From the human T2T-CHM13v2.0 reference genome, Homo sapiens, in assembly GCF_009914755.1 (NCBI RefSeq), contig NC_060926.1: DNA of 64,000 nt; one strand, written 5' to 3'. This document shows positions 33,889 through 58,905 of the stretch, one piece after another. The position numbers and the translations under genes are program-made. The notes under the pieces are model-generated. The model made no database searches. It saw only the letters and a list, made by a program, of their open reading frames with translations, and was not told where the DNA came from. How positions within the stretch are numbered: the stretch's first letter is position 1; each line of letters begins with the position of its first letter.

Positions 33889-35494
33889 TATACATGAAAG
33901 CATTAAGCTCGTAACATGAGTAGGGAAGCGGGAAGGGTAAGTGCAGTGGTGTGAGGAACTCCCAGTCCTTTGGCACCACTGGAGGGTGCCAGGACATTCT
34001 TACTCCAAAAATTGATCATTAAAGGGAAATAATTAAGTGCTTATGCTGCCTTTCTAGTATGAACGCACTTCAGGGTAACCTGACTTACCCTAATGGATAA
34101 AGGGAAGGTCTGAGAGAATTCCAGCCACTAAATGTCCTTCTGATGAGACAGAAGACGAGAATTCTGCAGTCCCAGTGAAGGTTCTGGTTCTAGCAATGGT
34201 CACCCACAGGTGGCAAAACTGTCAGGGGAACAGTTGAGGGGAAACTGACGATAAAGGGGTCAGGCTGTCGCCATCCAAGCTTATTAATGCTTCAACAAAG
34301 TGACACAATTGGACATGAGGCTGTGACACGAGGAACTGAGCACCGTCCGGGTGTGATTCCAGCCACAACTTTAGATCCAACTTCCAGACGACAGGATATA
34401 GAGGGGACAGAGGAACAAGTTAAACACTACAAGGAGGATGCTAAGTCCAGACTGGGGACACCTTCGAGGACAAGTGACCAGCTTCACCAACAAGTCAAGG
34501 GCACAGGGGAGGGAAGAGGGGGACTTTTAGGATCAAAAGGATCCTAAAAGACTTTGTAGCCAAACACAAACGTGAATAAAGCTTTGATAATCCAATCGTG
34601 TGAGGATATTTCTTAGGCAGTAAGGGAAATACGAATAGGACTGTTAGAGAACATTACAGAATTCTTATGCATTTTGTGAAAACAGCACTGTGCCGTCAGT
34701 TATTGACTTCTTGTCTCTTGGCTTGTCTGTGCTCTGCCCTGAGTGCTGCCCTTCCACACACCCTTCCAGCTGGGTGTGCTGGAGCCCTGGATGCAGGAGT
34801 TGGGGCTGGGACCTCCCTGGTGTTCCCAGGTTATTTCAGCATCACTTTGGGAGCAGAGACAGCTCTGAGCCCAGCCACCAGGTCCCTTGGTGCCCCCTTG
34901 GCTCCTGGAGTACAGTCCTAGGCCCTCCTGCCCCTCTTGCGAGAACCAAGCACATCCTGTAAGCTCTGAGGTCCCTGAAACCCCACCCTGGTAATACTTT
35001 TTGTCCCCAAGCCCTGGAGGTGGTACCTGCGGTTGCTACCCTGGATGTTAACCCTGCGCAGCCTGTGTGCTACCTATTCTGACTCTGCTTCCCAACACCC
35101 GTGTAGCCTCGTCTCCATGTGCCTGGTGAGACTTCTGATATGGCAACGAGTTAAGAGAAAGAAAATGGCTTTGTGTTGTTTTGTGATGCCTACCAAAGGA
35201 TTTAGGGGCAAGTGACAATATGTCTGGAATTTGCTTACGTGTATTCCCGCAGAAGTGGGGGAGGAAAAGATGGAAGTGCTTTGGGCAAAATGCTGGCAGG
35301 TGCTGAAGCTGGGTGACAGGTACAAGGGTTTAGTGTATGTTTGGAAACTTTCATAGTGAAAAAAACCCCACAAAAACGAAAGCTGTATTAGAGTTACAAA
35401 CTAAAACTTACATGATGATGTTAAGATCACAGCTAGCCTCTTGGGAATGCTCCATCTGTAGGAAAATATAGACTCGGCTCTTTAAAAGTAATGA

Positions 35495-36193
<699 letters not shown>

Positions 36194-36310
36194 CCCCTTC
36201 TTAATTTCTTAGGGAACGCTTTGGAAAACAAACATCAGCAGATAAAAAAAAAATGTACAGCCTACGCAAGTGATAATATTCAAAATCCTCAGCCATAAAA
36301 ATAAAGGCCT

Positions 36311-36316
36311 TTTATT
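36311..36316 (-). terminator. THAP4: THAP4 polyadenylation signal (AATAAA on the minus strand)
   Basis: tttatt on the plus strand, about 160 nt past the THAP4 stop codon. Confidence 0.85.
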
Positions 36317-36474
36317 TGGTTTTTCTATGCCAGTACAGAAACATCTGGACAACACTCTTGAGCCTGCAGAGGCTCACGGCCACACCCACTTCTGCCGCAG
36401 GGACTGTCTGTTGAGGAGCCGAACCGTTGAGGCACAGTAGCCAGGCCCTCCCGAGGGCTCCAGAAGCTCTAGGT

Positions 36475-36594
36475 TTACGGGGTCACCTTCTTGTAGGTGA
36501 CGTGAAGATGCTGAGTCATTGGCTGTGTCGTGGTTGCCATGGAGACCGTCTGCTCAAGTTTGCCTTCAGAATTCAGCCTGAACTTCCGGGTGAT
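36475..36594 (-). CDS. THAP4: THAP4 last coding exon (ITRKFRLNSEGKLEQTVSMATTTQPMTQHLHVTYKKVTP*)
   Basis: Acceptor ttctcctgctcag|ATC; TAA at 36477-36475; nitrobindin C-terminus including the heme-ligating His of QHLH (established). Confidence 0.96.
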   Translation of the reverse strand: MTRKFRLNSEGKLEQTVSMATTTQPMTQHLHVTYKKVTP

Positions 36595-36836
36595 CTGAGC
36601 AGGAGAATGGAACAAAGATAGCTTAGTTTTATCTTCAAAAGATTCAATCAATGCCTGTGCGCCCACTGCATGCCACACACTCATCACGGGCTGTGAGCCA
36701 GGCAGTGGCCCTGCCAGAGGAGGGTAGACACACAGCCCAGGGCCCCTGGGCATGTCACAATCCAGGTGCCCTTCAGCTGCCTCCAGAAGACCACCAGGGG
36801 AACACAGGGATTGTTTATTTAGAAGTCACCTTTTTT

Positions 36837-36926
36837 GTCGACGGCCATACCACCCTGAACGCACCTGATCTCGTCTGACCTCGGAAGCTAAGGAGGGTCG
36901 GGCCTGGTTAGTACTTGGATGGGAGA
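36837..36926 (+). pseudogene. 5S rRNA retropseudogene, nt 1-90 only, tailless
   Basis: gtcgacggccataccaccctgaac...gtacttggatgggaga matches human 5S rRNA with about 5 substitutions; 16-bp TSD agaagtcacctttttt at 36821-36836 and 36924-36939. Confidence 0.95.
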
Positions 36927-37610
36927 AGTCACCTTTTTTTGGTCTCTACAAATCATATACCTGATCAGACAAGCGCTGAGCTTCCAGTGCTTCCCTTCTC
37001 CACTGCCTCCCACTTTCACTGTAACTAGAACTGATGTCCAGTGTGTTCTTGGAAAGCTCAGAAATACCATCTTTGGAACAGTAATTCATCAGAATAAATT
37101 ATAGCAGCTGTTTCCAACAAGAATCCAAGCCTATGGCAGCTAAGTCCCGAATGAGTCAGCCCTATATGCCCAGAATGTTTGCCGGCAAATTGTGAGAGTG
37201 ACCACTGTCAAAAGACAATTCTCTGATGGGCACTATCTCTCTAGTGCCCCAGATGTGTGGGGGGTCATGTGGGGTGGGGGGCACCAGAAGTGGATGAAAC
37301 GGAGTTCTGCTTATGGCCATGGCTGACTACTCTGTAACTGACCAACCCTCCTGCAGATAACAACCCAGGTTTTAAGAAGTTTCTTTAAAGGTGTCAGAGA
37401 ACCACCAAGTCAGCGAGGACCAGCACCCCAAAGAGAAGGAAGTGTGGAGGTGAGACCCAATTTGGAGCAACTGGCCCCGATGCTTTTGCTGCCCGGAAGT
37501 CAAGGGGTTCAAGGGGTGGAGGCTGAGAGGGATGTGGTAGCTAAGAGGCTGAGAAGCTAAGTGGGGCCTTCTCAGACTCATGGAGCTGGAGGGACAAACA
37601 CTGGAATTCA

Positions 37611-38251
<641 letters not shown>

Positions 38252-38399
38252 CTACTGAACACGAGCTGTCCATCCTTGACCAACAGGCAGAAGCACAGAA
38301 CTGCTCTTTGGTGAGGATAACATCAAAGGAAGCCTCAAGTCATCTCTACAATTTTTCACACATATTGTCTAGAATCCAAGAAAAAAAGAAAAACTCCTT

Positions 38400-41810
<3,411 letters not shown>

Positions 41811-41812
41811 CA

Positions 41813-44657
41813 CTGATGATAATGATGGGCACTAGGACACTCAGAGCTGCTCGGCTGACGATGATGGGCACTAGGACACTCAGAGCTGCTCGGCTGACGA
41901 TGACGGGCACTAGGACACGCAGAGCTGCTCGGCTGACGATGATGGGCACTAGGACACGCAGAGCTGCTCGGCTGACGATGATGGGCACTAGGACACTCAG
42001 AGCTGCTCGGCTGATGATAATGGGCACTAGGACACTCAGCTGCCCGGCTGATGATAATGGGCACTAGGACACACAGAGCTGCTCGGCTGATGATAATGGG
42101 CACTAGGACACTCAGAGCTGCTCGGCTGATGATAATGGGCACTAGGACACTCAGAGCTGCCCGGCTGATGATGAGGGGCACTAGGACACTCAGAGCTGCC
42201 CGGCTGATGATGATGGGCACTAGGACACTCAGAACTGCCCGGCTGATGATGAGGGGCACTAGGACACTCAGAGCTGCTCGGCTGATGATAATGGGCACTA
42301 GGACACGCAGAGCTGCTCGGCTGATGATAATGGGCACTAGGACACTCAGAGCTGCTCGGCTGATGATAATGGGCACTAGGACACACAGAGCTGCTCGGCT
42401 GATGATGGGCACTAGGACACTCAGAACTGCCCGGCTGATGATGAGGGGCACTAGGACACTCAGAGCTGCTCGGCTGATGATGATGGGCACTAGGACACGC
42501 AGAGCTGCCCGGCTGACGATGATGGGCACTAGGACACTCAGAGCTGCTCGGCTGATGATGATGGGCACTAGGACACACAGAACTGCTTGGCTGATGATCA
42601 TGGGCACTAGGACACTCAGAACTGCCCGGCTGATGATGAGGGGCACTAGGACACTCAGAGCTGCTCGGCTGATGATAATGGGCACTAGGACACGCAGAGC
42701 TGCCCGGCTGACGATAATGGGCACTAGGACACACAGAACTGCCCGGCTGACGATGATGGGCACTAGGACACACAGAACTGCCCGGCTGACGATGATGGGC
42801 ACTAGGACACACAGAGCTGCTCGGCTGACGATGATGGGCACTAGGACACTCAGAGCTGCTTGGCTGATGATGATGGGCACTAGGACACGCAGAGCTGCTC
42901 GGCTGATGATGATGGGCACTAGGACACTCAGAGCTGCTCGGCTGATGATCATGGGCACTAGGACACACAGAACTGCCCGGCTGATGATGAGGGGCACTAG
43001 GACACACAGAACTGCCCGGCTGATGATGAGGGGCACTAGGACACTCAGAAGTGCCCGGCTGATGATGAGGGGCACTAGGACACTCAGAAGTGCCCGGCTG
43101 ATGATGAGGGGCACTAGGACACTCAGAGCTGCCCGGGTGATGATAATGGGCACTAGGACACGCAGAGCTGCTCGGCTGATGATAATGGGCACTAGGACAC
43201 TCAGAGCTGCTCGGCTGATGATGATGGGCACTAGGACACACAGAGCTGCTCGGCTGATGATGATGGGCACTAGGACACTCAGAGCTGCCCGGCTGATGAT
43301 GATGGGCACTAGGACACTCAGAGCTGCCCGGCTGATGATGATGGGCACTAGGACACTCAGAGCTGCTCGGCTGATGATGATGGGCACTAGGACACTCAGA
43401 GCTGCTCGGCTGATGATGATGGGCACTAGGACACACAGAGCTGCTCGGCTGATGATGAGGGGCACTAGGACACACAGAACTGCCCGGCTGATGATGAGGG
43501 GCACTAGGACACTCAGAACTGCCCGGCTGATGATGAGGGGCACTAGGACACTCAGAGCTGCTCGGCTGACGATGATGGGCACTAGGACACACAGAGCTGC
43601 TCGGCTGACGATGATGGGCACTAGGACACACAGAGCTGCTCGGCTGACGATGATGGGCACTAGGACACTCAGAGCTGCTCGGCTGACGATGATGGGCACT
43701 AGGACACACAGAACTGCCCGGCTGACGATGATGGGCACTAGGACACACAGAACTGCCCGGCTGATGATGATGGGCACTAGGACACTCAGAGCTGCTCGGC
43801 TGATGATGATGGGCACTAGGACACTCAGAGCTGCTCGGCTGACGATGATGGGCACTCGGACACACAGAACTGCCCGGCTGACGATGATGGGCACTAGGAC
43901 ACTCAGAGCTGCTCGGCTGATGATGATGGGCACTAGGACACTCAGAGCTGCTCGGCTGATGATGATGGGCACTAGGACACACAGAGCTGCCCGGCTGACG
44001 ATGATGGGCACTAGGACACTCAGAGCTGCTCGGCTGATGATGATGGGCAGTAGGACACTCAGAGCTGCTCAGCTGATGATGATGGGCACTAGGACACACA
44101 GAACTGCTTGGCTGATGATCATGGGCACTAGGACACTCAGAACTGCCCGGCTGATGATGAGGGGCACTAGGACACTCAGAGCTGCCCGGCTGATGATAAT
44201 GGGCACTAGGACACGCAGAGCTGCTCGGCTGATGATAATGGGCACTAGGACACACAGAACTGCCCGGCTGACGATGATGGGCACTAGGACACTCAGAGCT
44301 GCTCGGCTGATGATAATGGGCACTAGGACACACAGAACTGCCCGGCTGACGATGATGGGCACTAGGACACTCAGAGCTGCTCGGCTGACAATAATGGGCA
44401 CTAGGACACACAGAACTGCCCGGCTGACGATGATGGGCACTAGGACACTCAGAGCTGCTCGGCTGATGATGATGGGCACTAGGACAGACAGAACTGCCAG
44501 GCTGACGATGATGGGCACTAGGACACTCAGAACTGCCCGGCTGACGATGATGGGCACTAGGACACTCAGAGCTGCTCGGCTGATGATGATGGGCACTAGG
44601 ACACTCAGAACTGCTCGGCTGATGATCATGGGCACTAGGACACTCAGAGCTGCTCGG
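41813..44657. repeat. 39-bp minisatellite, about 73 copies (2.85 kb), THAP4 last intron
   Basis: Unit gctgatgatgatgggcactaggacactcagagctgctcg with recurring variant positions. Confidence 0.98.
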
Positions 44658-46349
44658 TCTACAGTGGCAGAAACCAGGCCGGGGGCTTGAGAGGGCAGCG
44701 GGGGTTGCCTGTGGAGCACGGGGACTTTCTAGGGTGCTGGGACTGTTCTCAGTCTTGACTGGCGCAGCGTTACAAGATTATATATGCTTGTCCAAATGTA
44801 TCAAACTGCACACTTGAAGTGTATGCATTTATTCCATATAAAGTATACCTCAATAGAGGTGATTTTTAAAAAGTAGAAGCCATGATAATGAAGACAGTGT
44901 GGTATTGGCACAGGGACTGACAAACAGACCACCTGGAACCAGAGAGAGGGTGAGAAGCAGACCCCTGATGAAGGATACTGAGGGGCTCAGGGGGCAGTTG
45001 CATGGGTGAACAGGGGGGCCGGGCTCTTCATGCAGGGTGCAGGGTAGCTGGCCCTCATCTGAGAACAAGGAGAGGGGACAGCACTTCACACTATACACAC
45101 AACTCAGCCCCAGGTGGATTAATGACCTAAAGGAAAGATTTTAGGTTGAACTGTGAAGCTTCCAGAAAAATTCAGAATACATATTTTGACCTGTTAGTGA
45201 GGAAAGACTGCTTAACTAAGACATTAAAAACAGAATCCATAAAGGAAGAGATTGGCAAACTGAACCACATAAAATCCAGAACCTCTGTTCTTCAAAAACA
45301 ATTTGTAAAACTCAAAAGATAATCACAGACCGAAAAAGCTATTTGCAACACATTTAGCTAACAGAGCTTTATTCAAATCATATAAAGAACTCTGACATGT
45401 CAGCCAGAAAAGGCACAGTGGAAATGGTCACCAGACCTGAACAGGCACCTCGCTGGAGGATGACCCAGCAACGACGTGAAAAGATGCTCAAGCTCGCAGG
45501 TCACCGGTGGCAGCCCAGGCTGCAAAGCTAGGTCCAGAGCCACCCACATAAGGCAGGAAGCGGGGAGGCTCTGCCAGGCTGGGGGCCTCTCTGAGCCTCA
45601 CTGTAAAATGGGGCCTGGCCTGGACCTGCCTCGTCTCAGGGCTGCTGCAAGGCACGTGCTACACAGACTGCATGGGGCCCTGAAGTTACAAAGCACAGAC
45701 ACACACAGCACAGGGAATGTGCAGGTCAGCGGGAGCCTGGGGACCCCTCAGGCCCTCCCAAAAAGAGTCACACGAGCCTCTTCCAACACACTCAGTTCTC
45801 CCCTGGGGTGTGCCACCACTGCTCAGTCACCGGACATGAGTGACAAGCTGTCCCTGGGGCAAGCTGGCCAGGGACCCTCGGCAGCTCACAGGCTCCACCA
45901 GGCTCAGTACACAGCTCATTGAGGCATTGCTACCCTCTGTGGGGCCTGCAGTCTGGGCCATGCCCACCAACACCCACACAAACAGTAAAGACACTCACAC
46001 GTCCCATCCCAGCCTGATCCCCCAGATGCCACGGAGCAGCTAAAGGAAAGCCTCACTTCCCCAACATAAGCCTCGGTCTCTTCGAGAGGTTCCAGCCCGC
46101 TCCTCCAGAGCGAGGGGGAAAAACCGGGTGCTTCTGCATCCACATGCAGACACCGTGTCTGACGCTATGGCCGGCAGCATCAATCCTGACAGCCAAGGAG
46201 GGAAATGCCCCAAACAGCAGTCAGCGGGGCCACAGTGCCTAACAAGGGCCACGGGACGTCTGTACGGGGAAAAAGGGAAAATGGGACTGCTACCTCACAC
46301 TACAGAGAAACAATAATCCCAAATACCATGCATCTTAAAAGGAAAAGCT

Positions 46350-50398
<4,049 letters not shown>

Positions 50399-51164
50399 CT
50401 ACTTGACATCAACAACGAGGAAACCTCCCAGAAAACAGAGCAAGAGATGGGAAGAAAAAGTAAGGGAGATTAGAAAACACAAGGCCACTTCAGGAGTTCC
50501 AAGAGAAGGGGGGGTAGTGGGGAGGGAGTCTCAGGATGGCAGCTCTACTCCTTGGTCTTAACAGAGCAGATCAAGCAGCTCTGAGAGTTCCGCAGGTGGA
50601 ATTCAGGTATCACATCTGAGTACCCAAGCTGAGTTTTAGATACCGGCAGAACGCATGGTGCTGACTCAGGGATAAGCATGTAAACATTAAGCAAACCAAA
50701 AAAAAATAACATTTTTAACTCAAAAAAGGTACACGGAAAAGGAACAGCCATCGTGGAGCCCGTGATCTGGCTGTGAGCGTGGGGACTCGGCTGTAACAGT
50801 GGCAACCCAGTAAAATCAGGACACACACTCTCCGGGAAGGCGGGAGTAGGACATGCATGGGAACCGAGTTGGGGTCTTGGGTACGGGAGCAGAATCTTCT
50901 TCATCCACGGTGAGCAGACGCTCGGTCAGTAAGGCGTAGTCAGCAATGTTAAGAGGAAGCAATCAACACACCTCATGGCTAAATATGGAGCTAAAAACTA
51001 AATGAATCAGTTCAAAGAGTTGAGACCGTTTACCTCTAACGAACAAGAAATAAGGGTCAGTTGAGTGGGAACACTACGTAGCAGAACTCACAAACTGACA
51101 GATGAAGAAGAAAAAAGGGCCAAAGAGAATTTCAATCACGATTAGGAAGTCTCATTTAAAGACA

Positions 51165-53112
<1,948 letters not shown>

Positions 53113-53798
53113 TAAGTCGCTCGGTAGAGGTCCCCAAAGCCCCCAGGGTGCAGGGGCTGCATGGCACAGAGCCTTCCCCTAAGCGCCATGCCCAGGCTTC
53201 GCAACTCCATCGTCTCTGTCTCCTCCCTCTATTTGCAGAAAAAGAGCCACTTTTTGTTAAATTAATAAAACCCAAATCTAGTTATTTAGCAAAAATAAAC
53301 ATGCAAACAAAAAAAAAAAAACAAAAAACCCTGATAAAATAGATAACCTCTGACAAGTATGATCAAGAAAAAGAGAAAACACACACAAAACATCAGTAAA
53401 AGAGAAGTGACATAGAACAGCACATCAAGAGAAAACAGTATCTATTACTTCTTCCAAAAATTCTGAAAATCTCATGAAACGGACACTTTTGCAGGAGAAC
53501 ATGAATTTGCAGATGGAGCCAAGTAAGAACGTGGAGAGACAAGCAGTCACGGAACAAAGTAAAAGCACAGCTTAGGTCTGGTTACCAGATACCTTCCCAG
53601 AGAGGCCGACCAACTCCCACGGGGCCACCCTTTGCCAGAGAACATTTGCAAAAGCTAAGAAGCTCCCAGCTAGCCTGTGAATAACTCCAATACCAAAATG
53701 GACAATGATGTCTAAAAACAACATATCATGACAACTCAGGGTTATCCCCCAAAAACAACCATGATCCAACACTGATGAGCTATTAATATAATTTATTA

Positions 53799-54075
53799 CA
53801 GCAGTCCCCAAACTTTTTGGCCCCAGGAACTGGTTTCATGGAAGACAATTTTTCCACAGCTGTGGGGGTGGGGGTGGTTTTGGGATGAAACTGTTCCATC
53901 TTAGATCATTAGGCATTAGATTCTCATTAGAAGCAAAACCTAGATCCCTCATATGCACAATTCACAGCAGGGTTCGTGCTCCTATGAGAATCTAATGCTG
54001 CCACCTGATGGACAGGAGGTGGAGCTCAGGAGGTCATGCCCACTCACCTGCTGGCCACTCACCTCCTGCAGTGAG
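53799..54075 (+). mobile_element. MER1-like hAT-Charlie element
   Basis: cagcagtccccaaactttttgg...ggtttcatggaagacaatttttccac...ctcctatgagaatctaatgc. Confidence 0.78.
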
Positions 54076-54301
54076 GACTGCATTAACAGCTTCAAGAGGA
54101 AGACAAGGGGGAAAAACAGATTCATCCCCAACAGGTTATAAAAGCATTTGATGAAATTCAAAATTCATTTCTGAATACAATTCTTGGCATACTAGAAACT
54201 GAATCTTCTTAACCTGAAAAAGACTGCCTTTACCAAGATACGCACCTGCACTGGAAAAAAAAAAAAGTAGAAAAATTTTACAACTAAAAAAAAGGCTATC
54301 C

Positions 54302-56717
<2,416 letters not shown>

Positions 56718-57225
56718 TTAGATTCAAAACATGAGTGAGATTTCATCTTTTATTTCTCAGATTTGAAAGGACCGAAATTCTGAAAATACACCATGTTGTT
56801 AAGGAGTAGGGAACCAGCTGCCCTCATGCAAGAGATAGTGGGAGGATAATCATGAAGAAATACAATCTAACAGTGTGTATCAAATTTAAAATGTACCTGT
56901 CCTTTGATCCAGCAATTTAACTGGGAAAAATTTATCAATAGATATGGATATATCTGTAAACGTGGACAACCCAAATGCAAAAGGATGTTTGTGACAAACA
57001 ACAAACCTCAAAAAAACCACACCACTGACCAGCCGAGGAGGGGGCAATGAATTTAGGGAACATCCACCCTGGATGGTCCGAGAAGGGAAAAGAAGGAGAC
57101 AGTGAAGACAGGCCTGTGAGACACAGTGGCAAGACACGCACTACCTCACGGAAGAGGAAGAGGCTGACTCCACAGACCGCTGCAAACAGAAGACAGGAGC
57201 GTGCTGGGAGCAGGGCTGGGCTCAC

Positions 57226-57329
57226 CTGCTCTACGTGGGGCTCCTTGGCGAAGGAGATCCTGGCGATGGAGTGGGATGCGATGCACAGCTCCTGCCCGTT
57301 CACCTCGCCCTCCTCCACTTCCACCACGC
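57226..57329 (-). CDS. THAP4: THAP4 penultimate coding exon (GVVEVEEGEVNGQELCIASHSIARISFAKEPHVEQ)
   Basis: Acceptor ttcccttgcag|GC and donor CAG|GTGAGC; 104 nt; phases fit both neighbours. Confidence 0.96.
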
Positions 57330-57668
57330 CTGCAAGGGAAGGGCAGTCAGCTCACCCAGCAGCTGCTCGGCTTGCAGAGAGGCAGCCTTGACTCTCCTTG
57401 CCTGCAAGCCGGGACTCCACAGGAGGCCCCAACTCTGCAGCTGTGGAAGCAACGATATTTCTCCTCCTCCCCACTTCACCCTGTGGATACGGAGGGAAAG
57501 CCACAACTCTCCTCACAGAACAGGCAGGTGCTCTATGGAAGGCCACCCTCTCCAGACTGGGCCCCAGCCCTCCCACCTCCACCCACCAATCAGCCTGGCA
57601 GAACCACCCCTAGCACATACAGTGGCAGAAGTCGCAGGTGGGAATGGACGTCCAGGAAGAAACACTGA

Positions 57669-57914
<246 letters not shown>

Positions 57915-58299
57915 TGAACTCCTGACCTCAAGTGATCTGCCCACCTAGGCCTCCCAAAGTGCTGGGATTACAGGCGTGAGCCACTGTGCCCAACCTGTTT
58001 TCCAGCAATTCCTAATGAATGCACACAGCTGATGGCCATTTCTGCAGACGTGGCACTGGGTAAACGGGCCCTCATGGTCAGGGGGCTGCACGCACACAAC
58101 CTGTGTGCCGGAGGCCCCTACAGCTACACAGTCGGCCCCGCAGGCTCCCAGGACCACTCTCAACACTCAGGGCCATCCCCACGGTCCCCACCAGCACATG
58201 CCTCAGCAGGGTTGCACATGGGCATCCCTGCACCCCTGCTTCGAATGCAGGCAGCAGCCTCCCATGGCCAGCCCTCCCGCCCCGCAAGCTGGGCCTCAC

Positions 58300-58409
58300 C
58301 TGTGTTCTGGGCGCTGACAAAGGCCACCTTGTTGGTGTCGGGCTTGAGGCGAATGAAGCCACACTCTCTGTGCATCGGCTTGCGCGTGTCCGGGTGGAAG
58401 GAGTTGAAC
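58300..58409 (-). CDS. THAP4: THAP4 coding exon (FNSFHPDTRKPMHRECGFIRLKPDTNKVAFVSAQNT)
   Basis: Acceptor ttcccgtccag|G and donor G|GTGAGG; 110 nt; PMHRECGF nitrobindin motif. Confidence 0.96.
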
Positions 58410-58506
58410 CTGGACGGGAAGTTGGAGTTGAGAAGCCCAGGCACTGGCCTCCAAGATGGCGTGGGCTGCGTGGATGCCAGAACTGTCCAGGGTGCCCTCC
58501 AGGTGG

Positions 58507-58905
58507 CTGCTCCAGCCACACCCGCACACCTGTCTGCCCCTACCACCACCTTGCTCATTTTGGCTGTGTCTGTCTTACCTGCTGACCCTCCACTCCTGAA
58601 GACGGGCTGTTCCAGCCACGCCCACACACCTGCCCGCCCCCTCCACCACCTTGCTCATTTTGGCTGTGTCTGTCTTGCCTGCTGACCCTCAGCTCCTGAA
58701 GACGGGCTGTTCCAGCCACACCCGCACACCTGCCCGCCCCCTCCAGCGCCTTGCTCATTTTGGCTGTGTCTGTCTTACCTGCTGACCCTCAGCTCCTGAA
58801 GACGGGCTGTTCCAGCCACACCCGCACACCTGCCCGCCCCCTCCACCACCTTGCTCATTTTGGCTGTGTCTGTCTTGCCTGCTGACCCTCAGCTCCTGAA
58901 GACAG
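58507..58905. repeat. 100-bp tandem repeat, 4 copies
   Basis: ttgctcattttggctgtgtctgtctt(a/g)cctgctgaccctc recurs at 58551, 58651, 58751 and 58851. Confidence 0.95.

Noticed and set aside
36837-36926. Functional 5S rRNA gene
   Set aside because: It lacks the 3' ~30 nt needed for helix I, shows CpG decay and has TSDs, so it is a retrocopy.
41813-44657. C/D snoRNA-like boxes (TGATGA and CTGA) in the 39-mer
   Set aside because: The motifs overlap within a (TGA)n run, lie antisense to the host gene and have no terminal stem or guide spacing.
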